Origin: Candidatus Omnitrophota bacterium
GTDB taxonomy: Bacteria > Omnitrophota > Gorgyraeia > Zapsychrales > Fredricksoniimonadaceae
Assembly: GCA_903944345.1 (NCBI GenBank)
Contig: CAJARJ010000009.1
Span: 65,875 to 129,874, forward strand
DNA length: 64,000 nt
Direction of reading: 5' to 3'
Each line of letters begins with the position of its first letter. Positions within the stretch are counted from its first letter, which is position 1. This document shows positions 9,582-19,307 of this stretch, one piece after another. Made by a program: the position numbers and the translations under genes. The notes under the pieces are model-generated. The model ran no database searches and was not told where the DNA came from. It saw only the letters and a list, made by a program, of their open reading frames with translations.

Positions 9582-9971
9582 TTATTCTATCTGCTGCCCC
9601 GGACGATGCCGAGCACAACAATTGGCTGCATCCGCCGCATCCGCATTTTCCTCGATGGTTTTAATTATTTTATGACACCGGCTCATCTGGGCTCGCGTCA
9701 AGACCTCTCTTAATCGGCTGTACAAATCCGAGCGCAATTCTTCGGATTGAGCCAACGTCGGGCCTGAACCTGACTCCGCCCAAAGTTGTTCGCGTCTGGC
9801 CATATTAGACTCGATGATCAAGGTCACTGCAGACAGCTGTTTCTGATCCAGATTCAAGTCTTTCTGTACCGTTTCAATAATCTGAATTGCGTCAGGCCAT
9901 TCTTGTGCACAGGCAGCCGCCCCCAAAAATATAGTGGCTAAAATAATAATACCGATCATCTTGCGTCTCAT
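9582..9971 (-). CDS. Hypothetical exported helical protein
   Basis: ATG after GAAAGGA; signal peptide; LNLDQKQ...VLTRAQ resembles periplasmic Spy/CpxP-like proteins (weak). Confidence 0.55.
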   Translation of the reverse strand: MRRKMIGIIILATIFLGAAACAQEWPDAIQIIETVQKDLNLDQKQLSAVTLIIESNMARREQLWAESGSGPTLAQSEELRSDLYSRLREVLTRAQMSRCHKIIKTIEENADAADAANCCARHRPGQQIE

Positions 9972-10003
9972 AGAAACTGTCCTTTCTTCTGCAAACGTAA
10001 TCA

Positions 10004-10050
10004 TTATGGAATAAAGGCGCATCCTTAAGGTATGCGCCTTTATTCCATAA
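10004..10050. terminator. Perfect 19-bp inverted repeat downstream of the BON gene
   Basis: TTATGGAATAAAGGCGCAT-N9-ATGCGCCTTTATTCCATAA. Confidence 0.6.
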
Positions 10051-10113
10051 ACTACTTACTGCAATGGCTGGTCAACCCCGGATTCAACAGGCCGGCCTAG
10101 CAGCCTAAAACTA

Positions 10114-10899
10114 TTACTTGCCTGGAACAGAATCCGCAATGGTCATATTATTAATCACGCTCTTCACGCCATTGACATCTGCCACCAACTTGCCGACCAA
10201 AACCTTTTCGGCATCGTTCTTGGCAACCCCGCTAACAGTTACAATACCATCGACAACGGCCACCTTGGTATTCACAGCACTGGTCGAATGATGCGACAAG
10301 AGTGCCACCTTAACCTGGGCGACAATAGACGCATCATCAATCTTTTCACCCAACGTCTGCCCGCTGCTCGCCGGAATATTAGCCAAAGTCATCTCATTCT
10401 TGACATTCTTGACACCGCTTACATCTTTGGCATATTCTCCGGCCAAATCCTTCTGGGCCTGCGATGCAGCTTCACCTTTAAGTGTCACTACCCCGTCTTT
10501 AACCTCAACCAGCGTCTTGAAAGCATTGACGTTGGGATGGAACAAAAGAGTAGTTTTAACTTTCATACCGATCCAGCCATCCGAATTCTCGGCAGGACTG
10601 TCCCCTTTAAGAACCAGCTGATTATCCACGCTCTTGACACCCGGCAAATTTGCCACCGTTTCCTGTGCTAACGATTTGTGAGACTCTTGTGTAACGCTAC
10701 CAGTCAAAGTAACCACCCCGTCTCTGGACCGAGTAACAACCGAATCATCCTTAAGATATGTTCTATAAACATACGACTCCTGAGCCGTTGACTCAATCCG
10801 GCTGTCCGTCTCAGAAGCGAAAGCACCAAATACAAACGAGCCACTGCACAACACAACAGCCGCGATTGCTGTAAACGACTTCGAATAATTAGTTTTCAT
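10114..10899 (-). CDS. Periplasmic BON-domain (OsmY-like) protein, three BON repeats
   Basis: DGVVTLTG / DGVVTLKG / DGIVTVSG repeats each followed by GVK(S/N)V-x-N; signal peptide; RBS GGAAGG. Confidence 0.9.
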   Translation of the reverse strand: MKTNYSKSFTAIAAVVLCSGSFVFGAFASETDSRIESTAQESYVYRTYLKDDSVVTRSRDGVVTLTGSVTQESHKSLAQETVANLPGVKSVDNQLVLKGDSPAENSDGWIGMKVKTTLLFHPNVNAFKTLVEVKDGVVTLKGEAASQAQKDLAGEYAKDVSGVKNVKNEMTLANIPASSGQTLGEKIDDASIVAQVKVALLSHHSTSAVNTKVAVVDGIVTVSGVAKNDAEKVLVGKLVADVNGVKSVINNMTIADSVPGK

Positions 10900-11066
10900 A
10901 AAACACCTTCCGTTAATTAAGTTTTGTGCCTTTAACAATATGCACATATCTCGATGCTTCCTTATAGTAAAACACCGACCATAGAAATCACTCCAACTCC
11001 TTTCCAATGCCAAGGTTGGCGCCCTTAGACATTGCGCGCATTATTCCTTTATTTCCTTATAGAATG

Positions 11067-11110
11067 ATTCTAGTTGTCTATAAAAAGAAAACAATTGAAC
11101 CGGGGTATAA
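11067..11110 (-). promoter_or_regulatory. Palindromic box (copy 1) plus promoter upstream of BON gene
   Basis: ttgaacc-gg-ggtataa at 11095-11110, then on minus strand TTGTTT-N16-TAGAAT. Confidence 0.7.
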
Positions 11111-11144
11111 CAGGCCTTGTGACCCGTCTTGAATGGGGGAAATA

Positions 11145-12125
11145 TCACGCCTCTATCAACTCAACAAGCCTGGGATAAATCACTGCGATTCTTTGGTAGG
11201 GCTGCTCGGGGTCAATCAAATCATGCAAAACACCTAAACTTCTATCGAATTCAAAACGCGTAATTCTTACACCGTTATGTTTCTTCCAGTTATCAATCAC
11301 CTTTGCAAAAATCCTGTCATTCACCGATTCATCTAGCGCATTGGCAACTACAAGAATGTCCTGCGTTTTGGGTGCCAGTCTGCTGGCATCTTTAATCACG
11401 AACCAGCCCAAAAGCATGATTTGAGCCAACCCTCTGGTTGAAAAACGATAGTACGCAGAAGTCGGCCCCAAAAGCTCCTTCTTTTTCTCATTACTCCACC
11501 ACAAGAACATATCAGGCAGGATCAGCAAGAAATTGATAGCCAGCTTCAAGCAACTGACGGGCAGCATCTTCCATCCCCAAAACGGCGATATTATAACCGC
11601 TTTATCGACATCACCCCTGTTCTGCGCAATCCAACAGGCCATGTTTGCCCCCATAGACAAACCGGCGACAATAACATGCCGGCCCAGTCCCCGGGCAATA
11701 TCCACAGATTCATCTGATAATTCGATCAATTCCGACACTGTCAGTCTGGAGTAATCTTCAGTCATTCGATCCTTGAGGCCATGATGTGGTACCCGGGGAA
11801 TCAAAACATTATAACCCTTATTGTAAAAGATCTCCCCCAGGGCCCTAAATTGTCGCGGGCTGTTTGTCCCTCCATGAAAAAAGACAATAACGCGCCCGAC
11901 CCGCTTGCCGTGAGTCAGAAAGACAAGATGTCCATCCGAAGAAACCTCATCCCCGTCGACATTGCGTAAATCATCAATACGCCTTACGCTTTCCTGATAA
12001 CTTCTCGATGGCACAGTTCCTGAAACGGGAGAATCTACCCGTAACAGTTTTGAGAATAAAGTCCTGAATTCATTAAATATTGACATCACGGCTTTCAGAA
12101 TGTTTCCTTGAATCTGTTGAGACAT
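11145..12125 (-). CDS. Alpha/beta hydrolase (esterase/lysophospholipase-like)
   Basis: FFHGGTN, GLSMG nucleophile elbow, LDESV and LHDLID; true start may be downstream (MSIFNEF). Confidence 0.8.
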   Translation of the reverse strand: MSQQIQGNILKAVMSIFNEFRTLFSKLLRVDSPVSGTVPSRSYQESVRRIDDLRNVDGDEVSSDGHLVFLTHGKRVGRVIVFFHGGTNSPRQFRALGEIFYNKGYNVLIPRVPHHGLKDRMTEDYSRLTVSELIELSDESVDIARGLGRHVIVAGLSMGANMACWIAQNRGDVDKAVIISPFWGWKMLPVSCLKLAINFLLILPDMFLWWSNEKKKELLGPTSAYYRFSTRGLAQIMLLGWFVIKDASRLAPKTQDILVVANALDESVNDRIFAKVIDNWKKHNGVRITRFEFDRSLGVLHDLIDPEQPYQRIAVIYPRLVELIEA

Positions 12126-14173
12126 ATTCTCATAAACTGATCCGGAAAAACGTCAAACATCTTTTCGGCATGACCACCATTTGCCATAACCTTCAGAGCC
12201 TTGGGGTGCCGTGCTTTATCGAACAACAGCCGAGTATAACTCAACTTAACAAGCGAATCTTTGCCCCCATGCAGAAACAACACTGGCGTGGGCGCGATTT
12301 TGTCAACGACATCACCCGGGGGAAGCTTTTGCAAAGCCGGACTGCCCGGGCTGACCGCCTCCTCATCTTTGCCAATCTCTAAATTATGCTTGAGATCTTC
12401 CTCCATATCTTTCTTCCAATAATTATAATTAATACTTCCCAGATCGGACGGAGAGCTGACAGCTATAACACTGTCAATATTCTGATGAAAACTTGCTTCA
12501 ATCAAAGTTACGGCCGCGCCCAGTGAAAAGCCGATCACTCCAATTTTTTTATACTTATTCTCTCGGGCGTAAGCAGTAATAGCTCGCAAATCCTTATGCT
12601 CTTGTGCTGTCCATGTAAACACATCACCAATCTTGCCATGTTCACGAAAATCAAAAACAATCACATCGTACTCCCGGCTGAATGCCTCAGCCATCGCTTT
12701 CAACAGGGGCGTGTCCTTGTTTGTGTAAAAGCCGTGCGCAATGACAATGACCCTGGAAAACCCTTTATTAACATGATCAAAGGCAATGCGTTTCCCGTCA
12801 TCGGTCATCACATAACGATTGGCACCTCGCTCCTGTGCAGAAAAGGGCTCCGGCTGAACACTCCCTGAGGCTGTATTGACAATCTTCTCAGGTTCGGTGT
12901 TCCTGAAGTTTCCTTCAAAAATTGAAGTGAATACAGACCGGATATAATTTCTATAAATATCCCACTCGACTTTTATCCTCCAGAAATATAGATACTGTGA
13001 GCTGTTTCTTTTGCCCACAGCGACAGATTTTCGTGATCTGGCCTCCTCATACACAGCCAGCATGCGCTGGGCTGAAAGCTCAATCGTGTATTTCTGTGCG
13101 GTAGCTCTTGCGGAGTGCTTCATTGCCTGCAATTCTTCAGGAGCACAACGTAGTACCGATAACAATGCGTTAACAAAGCTATGCTGATCCATTTCAGCAA
13201 GCAAGCGTCCGTTAAAATGATCTTTAACAACATCCCTGGCTCCCGGAGCATCCAGTGCGACCACCGGCACTCCGGCTGCCATGGCCTCAACAAGAACAAT
13301 CCCTTGTGTTTCGCTCAAGGAGGCAAACGCAAAGACATCCATGGCAGAATATCCATCCACTAGATGCTCGTAATGCAAAACTCCGACCAAATGCAATCTA
13401 CTCTCAAGACCAGCATTCCTGAAGACATCCCTGATCATTGCCTCTGAGGAGCCTTTACCCACAATCAAAGCATGTGCGTTTGGTTCGATTTCCAATAATT
13501 CGACTATAGACGCTACCAGAAAATCCAGATTCTTCTCTGACGCCAGTCTGCCAACATGCCCAATCACAAAAGCAGCACTGGGAATCTGATTTTCTTTACG
13601 AAATCTTTTGCCATCGCCGTTTGAAAAACGCTTCAAATCTACCCCGGTTGGAACGACCTCCATAGGAGTCTTGACCCCCCGTCTAAGCAAGATTTCCTGT
13701 ATGCTTTCACTGGGAACAATCAGGCGATCGACACAATTGGCATAACCAGCCGCAAGCTTGACAATAAATCTTTTTACTCCTTCATTTTGTATCGGCCAAT
13801 CCTGCACGTACTCCTCAAACATTGTGTGATAGGTAAATACCAGCGGAATAGCGTGCTGCCGACTTAAACGTAACGCAAAATCTCCCATAAAAAACGGACA
13901 ATGGCTATGAACAATGTCCGGACTAAATTCTTTCATTAATCGAGTGAGAAGCCGGGAAACCGGAAAATTGACAGAAAAGATGGTCCAGCTGAATTTCTGG
14001 AAGGCGGGCAGACGAATTACCCCTGACTCCTCAACCGGAGCTCCCTGGAAAGTCGGAGTCACTATCAATACTTCATGCCCCAGGGCTTTAAATTCTTCGC
14101 TGAAAGAATGCACCGATTGCTCCAACCCCCCGACAATCGGAAAGTATGTATTGGTCATCATAAGAATTCTCAT
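12095..14173 (-). CDS. GT4 glycosyltransferase (diacylglycerol glucosyltransferase-like) fused to C-terminal alpha/beta hydrolase
   Basis: MRILMMTNTYFP, GRLASEKN, SETQGIVLVEAMAAG; then AHGF, GFSLG, HGGKD, GHAE. Confidence 0.85.
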   Translation of the reverse strand: MRILMMTNTYFPIVGGLEQSVHSFSEEFKALGHEVLIVTPTFQGAPVEESGVIRLPAFQKFSWTIFSVNFPVSRLLTRLMKEFSPDIVHSHCPFFMGDFALRLSRQHAIPLVFTYHTMFEEYVQDWPIQNEGVKRFIVKLAAGYANCVDRLIVPSESIQEILLRRGVKTPMEVVPTGVDLKRFSNGDGKRFRKENQIPSAAFVIGHVGRLASEKNLDFLVASIVELLEIEPNAHALIVGKGSSEAMIRDVFRNAGLESRLHLVGVLHYEHLVDGYSAMDVFAFASLSETQGIVLVEAMAAGVPVVALDAPGARDVVKDHFNGRLLAEMDQHSFVNALLSVLRCAPEELQAMKHSARATAQKYTIELSAQRMLAVYEEARSRKSVAVGKRNSSQYLYFWRIKVEWDIYRNYIRSVFTSIFEGNFRNTEPEKIVNTASGSVQPEPFSAQERGANRYVMTDDGKRIAFDHVNKGFSRVIVIAHGFYTNKDTPLLKAMAEAFSREYDVIVFDFREHGKIGDVFTWTAQEHKDLRAITAYARENKYKKIGVIGFSLGAAVTLIEASFHQNIDSVIAVSSPSDLGSINYNYWKKDMEEDLKHNLEIGKDEEAVSPGSPALQKLPPGDVVDKIAPTPVLFLHGGKDSLVKLSYTRLLFDKARHPKALKVMANGGHAEKMFDVFPDQFMRICLNRFKETF

Positions 14174-14208
14174 TGCCTCTCCTTCCGACAAAGACCAATC
14201 ACGCCCGG

Positions 14209-15666
14209 CTACAACCGGTTCTTTAATTCCAGAAGTTCTTTTCTTGCGGCCATACATATCGCACTATAGGAATCCTGCGCCCCCATCAATCGTCCATCCT
14301 TTTCCATATCCCCTGGGAGAAGCGGTTTCCCGAATCTCACCCTGATAGGGTGACGTTTGGGATACTTTACCGAACTGGCCCACGCTTCATGAGCCCCTTC
14401 AATAGCGACAGGTACAAGTTGAGCACCGCTTTCAAGAGCCAAAACCCCAAAACCTTTCTTGAAGCGGCCGATTTTCCCGGTCGTGCTGCGCAACCCTTCC
14501 GGGAAATAACACAAACCTTTCCCTCGTTTTAAAACCAGAAAGCAGCTGCGCAAGGCCTCGAGAAAATGGGTGGAGAAATCAAACGGAATAAATCGTCCCA
14601 TTTTTACTAAATTTCTTAAGACTCGGGACTTCACAAACGGCCTGAAGAAATAGGGCCCGAAAACAAAATAGAAAATCTGAAAGACCGGCCTGCGCGGCAA
14701 ACACGCGGCAATCGCCGGGCCATCAAGAAAGCTCGAATGATTGGCATAAAGAATATAAGCCCCTTCTTTGGGCACATTATCCGCCCCCTCACTTTTGATA
14801 CTAAAAAACAGTCTAAAAAGCAGACAATCAACAGCCGTTAAAGTAAATCGGAACAGCCAGGCGAAATAACCCGTACCCAGTTCGATCATTTCCCATGTTT
14901 CCTGATTTGGCGGCACACTTAAATTATTATTCCAGTAACCGGACCCAGAAGATATCCGCTGTCTCTTTGAAGCGATTATTTCAGGCGACTTAAGCGCGGA
15001 CTCCAGCTCCCGCAGCAGCTCTCTTACACTGAAGGATCTCGACACCGCCTCATCTTTTATGTCCGAACCAAACGCCAACTCGAGGCGTGATACAAGCTCT
15101 ATTCTGCCCAGAGAATCTATACCCAGATCAAGCTCCAGCGAATCCTCAAGCATGATCGGCCTGATAATCCCGCACTGCTCTTTCAGGCATTCCAGAACTT
15201 TTATCCCTTCCTCTGACCGCAAAAGCCCGGAATCACTGGCTAAGGCTTCTCCTGAGCCCGGAAGGGCCCCCTCGATTCCCGCGATGACTCTGGGCTCATA
15301 AATTTCCCTGACAGCATATCTTTCCAGCTTGCCAAAGAAATTGTGCGGCAAATCCTCGAGCGTAATGGTAAAGCCTTTGAGTCTTTTATAGACAGGCAAA
15401 GAAAGCGAGACATTGTCGAATCTCTCCTTAAGGACAGAACGCAAATTGACCTCGCCAAATTCCCTGAAACTATCCAGATCCGGCTGTATGACTGCCCAAA
15501 GCACCCTGGATTTCCTAACCCCATCCATTCCCGGGACTCCGAAAACACACATCTCTTTAACCGGAGCCATTTGGGTATAGACCGCCTCGATCTCCTCCGG
15601 ATAAATTTTCTCCCCCGGGTTCAACCTGAATGCTTCAATATATTTGCCCACAGGTCTCTCTGTCAT
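14209..15666 (-). CDS. Acyl-CoA synthetase C-terminal subdomain + acyl carrier domain + LPLAT acyltransferase
   Basis: GEKIYPEEIE; LGIDSLGRIEL (phosphopantetheine Ser); NHSSFLD and FPEGLRS. Confidence 0.85.
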   Translation of the reverse strand: MTERPVGKYIEAFRLNPGEKIYPEEIEAVYTQMAPVKEMCVFGVPGMDGVRKSRVLWAVIQPDLDSFREFGEVNLRSVLKERFDNVSLSLPVYKRLKGFTITLEDLPHNFFGKLERYAVREIYEPRVIAGIEGALPGSGEALASDSGLLRSEEGIKVLECLKEQCGIIRPIMLEDSLELDLGIDSLGRIELVSRLELAFGSDIKDEAVSRSFSVRELLRELESALKSPEIIASKRQRISSGSGYWNNNLSVPPNQETWEMIELGTGYFAWLFRFTLTAVDCLLFRLFFSIKSEGADNVPKEGAYILYANHSSFLDGPAIAACLPRRPVFQIFYFVFGPYFFRPFVKSRVLRNLVKMGRFIPFDFSTHFLEALRSCFLVLKRGKGLCYFPEGLRSTTGKIGRFKKGFGVLALESGAQLVPVAIEGAHEAWASSVKYPKRHPIRVRFGKPLLPGDMEKDGRLMGAQDSYSAICMAARKELLELKNRL

Positions 15667-18347
15667 TAATCTGCCCCATATTTCAGTTCATATAAATTCG
15701 TTCCCGGAAGAATTCTTTCCTTTTTAGAACCGGGAAAATGAATGTCAATCGCTGGCTCTTTCCCTTGCAGCCATTGCCCTTTCCACTCAACAAGGCTATT
15801 TCGCTTGAGGGGGCTGATTGTGATGTGGATATCACCAAAACTTGTAGGGGCCGGACCAAACGCAAGCGTCTGATTTTTATCCAGCCATATTCGGGGAACT
15901 CCTGAACACAAAATAAGCCCGTTGCCTTCTTCCCTAACAAAACAGTTGCGAATCATCAGGACCCATTCTGCTGCAGCCCAGACGTGCTGTCCGTCTCCCA
16001 TGCATCCGCCACCCGTGCGAGGATGAATGGATTCGGGCCACTGCCCTGTTGGAGACGCAAATTTTGCTACCGCGGCCATTAATGCAAAATATTCAGGATT
16101 CCCGGAACGCAAAAGCACCTGAGCCAAATGCAGAGACAGATAAGGATTGATCCCTGAATGAGTCATGTCATGAAAGAAGGCGCCAGAAACCAAACAGTTC
16201 TTCATTAAATAATCCGCTGTATTCGACATCCTGGGATCATTCGACTCTACAATACGAAGAGGATAGCTGGCCGCCAATGAACCTATCGCCCCGGAATCCA
16301 TGCGCCGATAAGGAGACGCGGGGATTGCTGGGCGATTCAAACGTTTCGCCACACTTTCCAGGCTTCGATCAATACTCTGCATTAAGGCCCGCGATTCGAT
16401 CTCGAAATAAGAAGCCTGATTATTATCGTTATATTTAGCAGACAAAAAAGCCGCACTTCTTAACCCTGCGACACACCAGTAGTCATCCCAATAATAAAAA
16501 TCATTTGGCCCCAGATGCTCGGCGCTAAATCCCGATGGCAACAAACCAGAATGCGGCGATAACAAATTATCGGGTAAACGCTTCTGACATATCCAGCGAC
16601 CGGCTTTATTGATCGATTCTTTCCACTCTTCGGGTGGAGCATTGCCTGTCATTTCACAATACTGCTGCATAATCCACAAGGCTTCTCCGTTAGAGTCCCA
16701 CTCCCCTTCCTGCGAAAGAAAATATCCCTGTAACGTCTGTCGGTCGCGGAAACAATCCAGAGCCCGGCGCACACGATCTTTCAGTCCGGCACACAACAAG
16801 GCCTTTAGAATAAAAGCCGCATCACGAAACCAGAACCTCCGGTAAATATACGGCCCCGGATAAACTTCCCTGGGAGAATGCAAGATCATGGTGCGAATTG
16901 CGGCTTCGTAAAGAAACTGGAAATGCTCATCGGGAACCTTAAGCAAACACTCACCCTGAAGACTGGCGGCCCAGGCTGTCCGGGCCATCTGTGCATCTTC
17001 CACACAGGCATTATTCCTGGTCCCTTTATTCTCTACTAACGGCACCGTAAGCGCTATCTTCCGTGCCTGCCCCGCTTTCAATTGATATATTACCGCCGCA
17101 GAAGCCATGCCAACTCGACAGCAAACAGCGTTCCTCTCCTCCTGAAACGCCAAACGAGCATAAACATCACCATGTTCATAACATGAAAATGCCCATTGAT
17201 CCGGAATTATGTCCCAATAGAGAGAGCTGTTCTGATTGACCTGCCAACCTATCCGGCCTTTCAATATGGCAATATCGTAAACAAGGCTCAATCCTTCCGG
17301 ATTGTAGGGCCGTAAAGCAATCACAAGTTTAGCGTCCTCATCTGTCCGGCCTTCAACCAGGATATGACAAACAGGTGACTGCGTCCCGCCTAAAACCTGA
17401 ACTTGGGTTATAAGCACCAGGCTCTCAAATCTGGATTCCGTAACAACGCAAAGACCTTTGTCCATGATCAATTTTTGTGAACACCCTGACAACCGGGAAG
17501 GAATCAAGGGCTCCCCCTTCCCGGGAATGATCCAGAAGTCCAGTGACCAACTGTCAAAATAGGGCGTTACCAGTCCGCGTGGATCAACCAGTGGATATTC
17601 GGTGCTGTCAGGAATGCCCAGAGCCGTCCAATTGCGATGGGTAAGATTAATCTGCGTTAACGAAAAGGACCGAGGTATAAACGCTTCGTTGAGCGGGTCA
17701 TATTGACATTCCACCCAGTATGGCCAGACCCAATCCAGATTATGCTGAATGGCCAGACTGTTCATCAGTCCGCGCGCGTGCAGAACAACTCCGGAGCGCA
17801 CCAACTCCAGCGGAGCCGGAACCTCGGAAGGCTGCATAAAATTCTGCAACTGAAACAGTATCTTGAACGGATCAGGAAAGCCTTGTCGGCGTGCCGCGTC
17901 TCTTACAAAGAATTTCCAAGGTATCCATTTCCACCACGTAAAAGAAGTACTCTGACCTATCATCGGGAGAAAAACCCACCATTTATAACCAATATAAACA
18001 AACACTCCTGTTGCTACCGAGGCTGCGATCAAGGCCGGAAGAATCGCTTCGGGCCATACGGCAAGAATGCCGTGATTTGTCAGAAGATTAAGACCTAAAG
18101 CCAGAAAGTTAACAAATATATAACGGCCAGCTTCACCGGACGCTTTCGAGCAATGGCATTGAAATATCCAATGCTTGTTAAACAGATACGCAACAAGCCC
18201 TGCGCATATGAAAGAAATTCCTTTCGCCAGACTGAAAGGAAGGAATTGAAATAAAAGATAATAAAGGCCGGCGTCTGTGGCCCCTACAAAAAAACCGACA
18301 AGACCAAACCGGAATATTTCTGTATGCATATTCATAAAGTACCGCAA
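15666..18347 (-). CDS. GtrA-like membrane domain fused to six-hairpin glycosidase (GH15-like) protein
   Basis: FRFGLVG...YLFNKHWIF...YKWWVF GtrA pattern; FWFRDAA, GEWDSNG, GQWPE..HP, HVWAAAE glycosidase-like motifs. Confidence 0.75.
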   Translation of the reverse strand: MRYFMNMHTEIFRFGLVGFFVGATDAGLYYLLFQFLPFSLAKGISFICAGLVAYLFNKHWIFQCHCSKASGEAGRYIFVNFLALGLNLLTNHGILAVWPEAILPALIAASVATGVFVYIGYKWWVFLPMIGQSTSFTWWKWIPWKFFVRDAARRQGFPDPFKILFQLQNFMQPSEVPAPLELVRSGVVLHARGLMNSLAIQHNLDWVWPYWVECQYDPLNEAFIPRSFSLTQINLTHRNWTALGIPDSTEYPLVDPRGLVTPYFDSWSLDFWIIPGKGEPLIPSRLSGCSQKLIMDKGLCVVTESRFESLVLITQVQVLGGTQSPVCHILVEGRTDEDAKLVIALRPYNPEGLSLVYDIAILKGRIGWQVNQNSSLYWDIIPDQWAFSCYEHGDVYARLAFQEERNAVCCRVGMASAAVIYQLKAGQARKIALTVPLVENKGTRNNACVEDAQMARTAWAASLQGECLLKVPDEHFQFLYEAAIRTMILHSPREVYPGPYIYRRFWFRDAAFILKALLCAGLKDRVRRALDCFRDRQTLQGYFLSQEGEWDSNGEALWIMQQYCEMTGNAPPEEWKESINKAGRWICQKRLPDNLLSPHSGLLPSGFSAEHLGPNDFYYWDDYWCVAGLRSAAFLSAKYNDNNQASYFEIESRALMQSIDRSLESVAKRLNRPAIPASPYRRMDSGAIGSLAASYPLRIVESNDPRMSNTADYLMKNCLVSGAFFHDMTHSGINPYLSLHLAQVLLRSGNPEYFALMAAVAKFASPTGQWPESIHPRTGGGCMGDGQHVWAAAEWVLMIRNCFVREEGNGLILCSGVPRIWLDKNQTLAFGPAPTSFGDIHITISPLKRNSLVEWKGQWLQGKEPAIDIHFPGSKKERILPGTNLYELKYGAD

Positions 18348-19256
18348 TCAATCCGCAACGCGTGACCCAGCCTGCGCCCCGCGCAATGTTCTATAATTCT
18401 TATCCCTGTACATCAACATATCTGCTCTTTTGAGCAACTCTTCTATTGTCTGGGGTTTCTGCGGATTGTAATAAAGGATCCCGAGGCTGAATGTCAGCTT
18501 GCGTGGCGAATTGGTGTTATATTTTGTCTTTTCAAGATTTTCTTTCAGTCGCTTGTGCAACGCATCCAGGCTCTCGGACTTTGCTTCCAAAGCAAGTATT
18601 GCGAACTCATCGCCTCCGACTCTGCCAATAACATCCGAACTGCGGAACGTCTTTTTGAGAACATCGCCTGCTGTCACCAGCGCCCGGTCTCCCTCCTCGT
18701 GTCCAAACTTGTCATTAATCTGTTTCATATTATCCAGGTCTGCATAAATTAGAATAAGCCCCCTGCCCGAACGGTTAGACAACTTCAAAAGCTGATTGGC
18801 ATAGATCAAAAACCCCCTGCGATTACTCACGCCTGTCAAAACATCCACAAGTGCAAGCTCCCGCATTGTCACTTCCGCTTTCTTTAACCTGTCAAACTGG
18901 CTGACCATCGGCTTATAAAATAAAATATACAGCGCGGGGGAAAGCAAGACGATAAGCATGACTGAAGCAACTATGGGCATATCCGTCGTATGCAGATCAG
19001 GAAGCAGCATAAACAAATACTTTGCCAATAATCCACATCCCAGTATGGAGAGCGTCAGGACAAAAAGCAGCCTTCGGGGAGTGTACATTCTTTCAAAACT
19101 GTCCGGCCTGCATTTTCTATCGGAGGCACCAGCCGGGTTTAAAGTGGGATGATAACCCTCTTTCTTTGCCATATTAACAGTCTTTTCCTCAACAGCCCGA
19201 CGATAAAGTGTCGGGCTGATCTTGTCCTGAAGGAACCTCAAAACATCAATTCGCAT
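18348..19256 (-). CDS. Membrane-anchored diguanylate cyclase
   Basis: Two TM segments; DVLTGVSNRR, GHEEGD, RSSD I-site, RVGGDEF. Confidence 0.9.
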   Translation of the reverse strand: MRIDVLRFLQDKISPTLYRRAVEEKTVNMAKKEGYHPTLNPAGASDRKCRPDSFERMYTPRRLLFVLTLSILGCGLLAKYLFMLLPDLHTTDMPIVASVMLIVLLSPALYILFYKPMVSQFDRLKKAEVTMRELALVDVLTGVSNRRGFLIYANQLLKLSNRSGRGLILIYADLDNMKQINDKFGHEEGDRALVTAGDVLKKTFRSSDVIGRVGGDEFAILALEAKSESLDALHKRLKENLEKTKYNTNSPRKLTFSLGILYYNPQKPQTIEELLKRADMLMYRDKNYRTLRGAQAGSRVAD

Positions 19257-19307
19257 GAAACAAATCCCGTTATTCCGGATTTATCTTCAAAAAACGATAA
19301 CCCGGAT

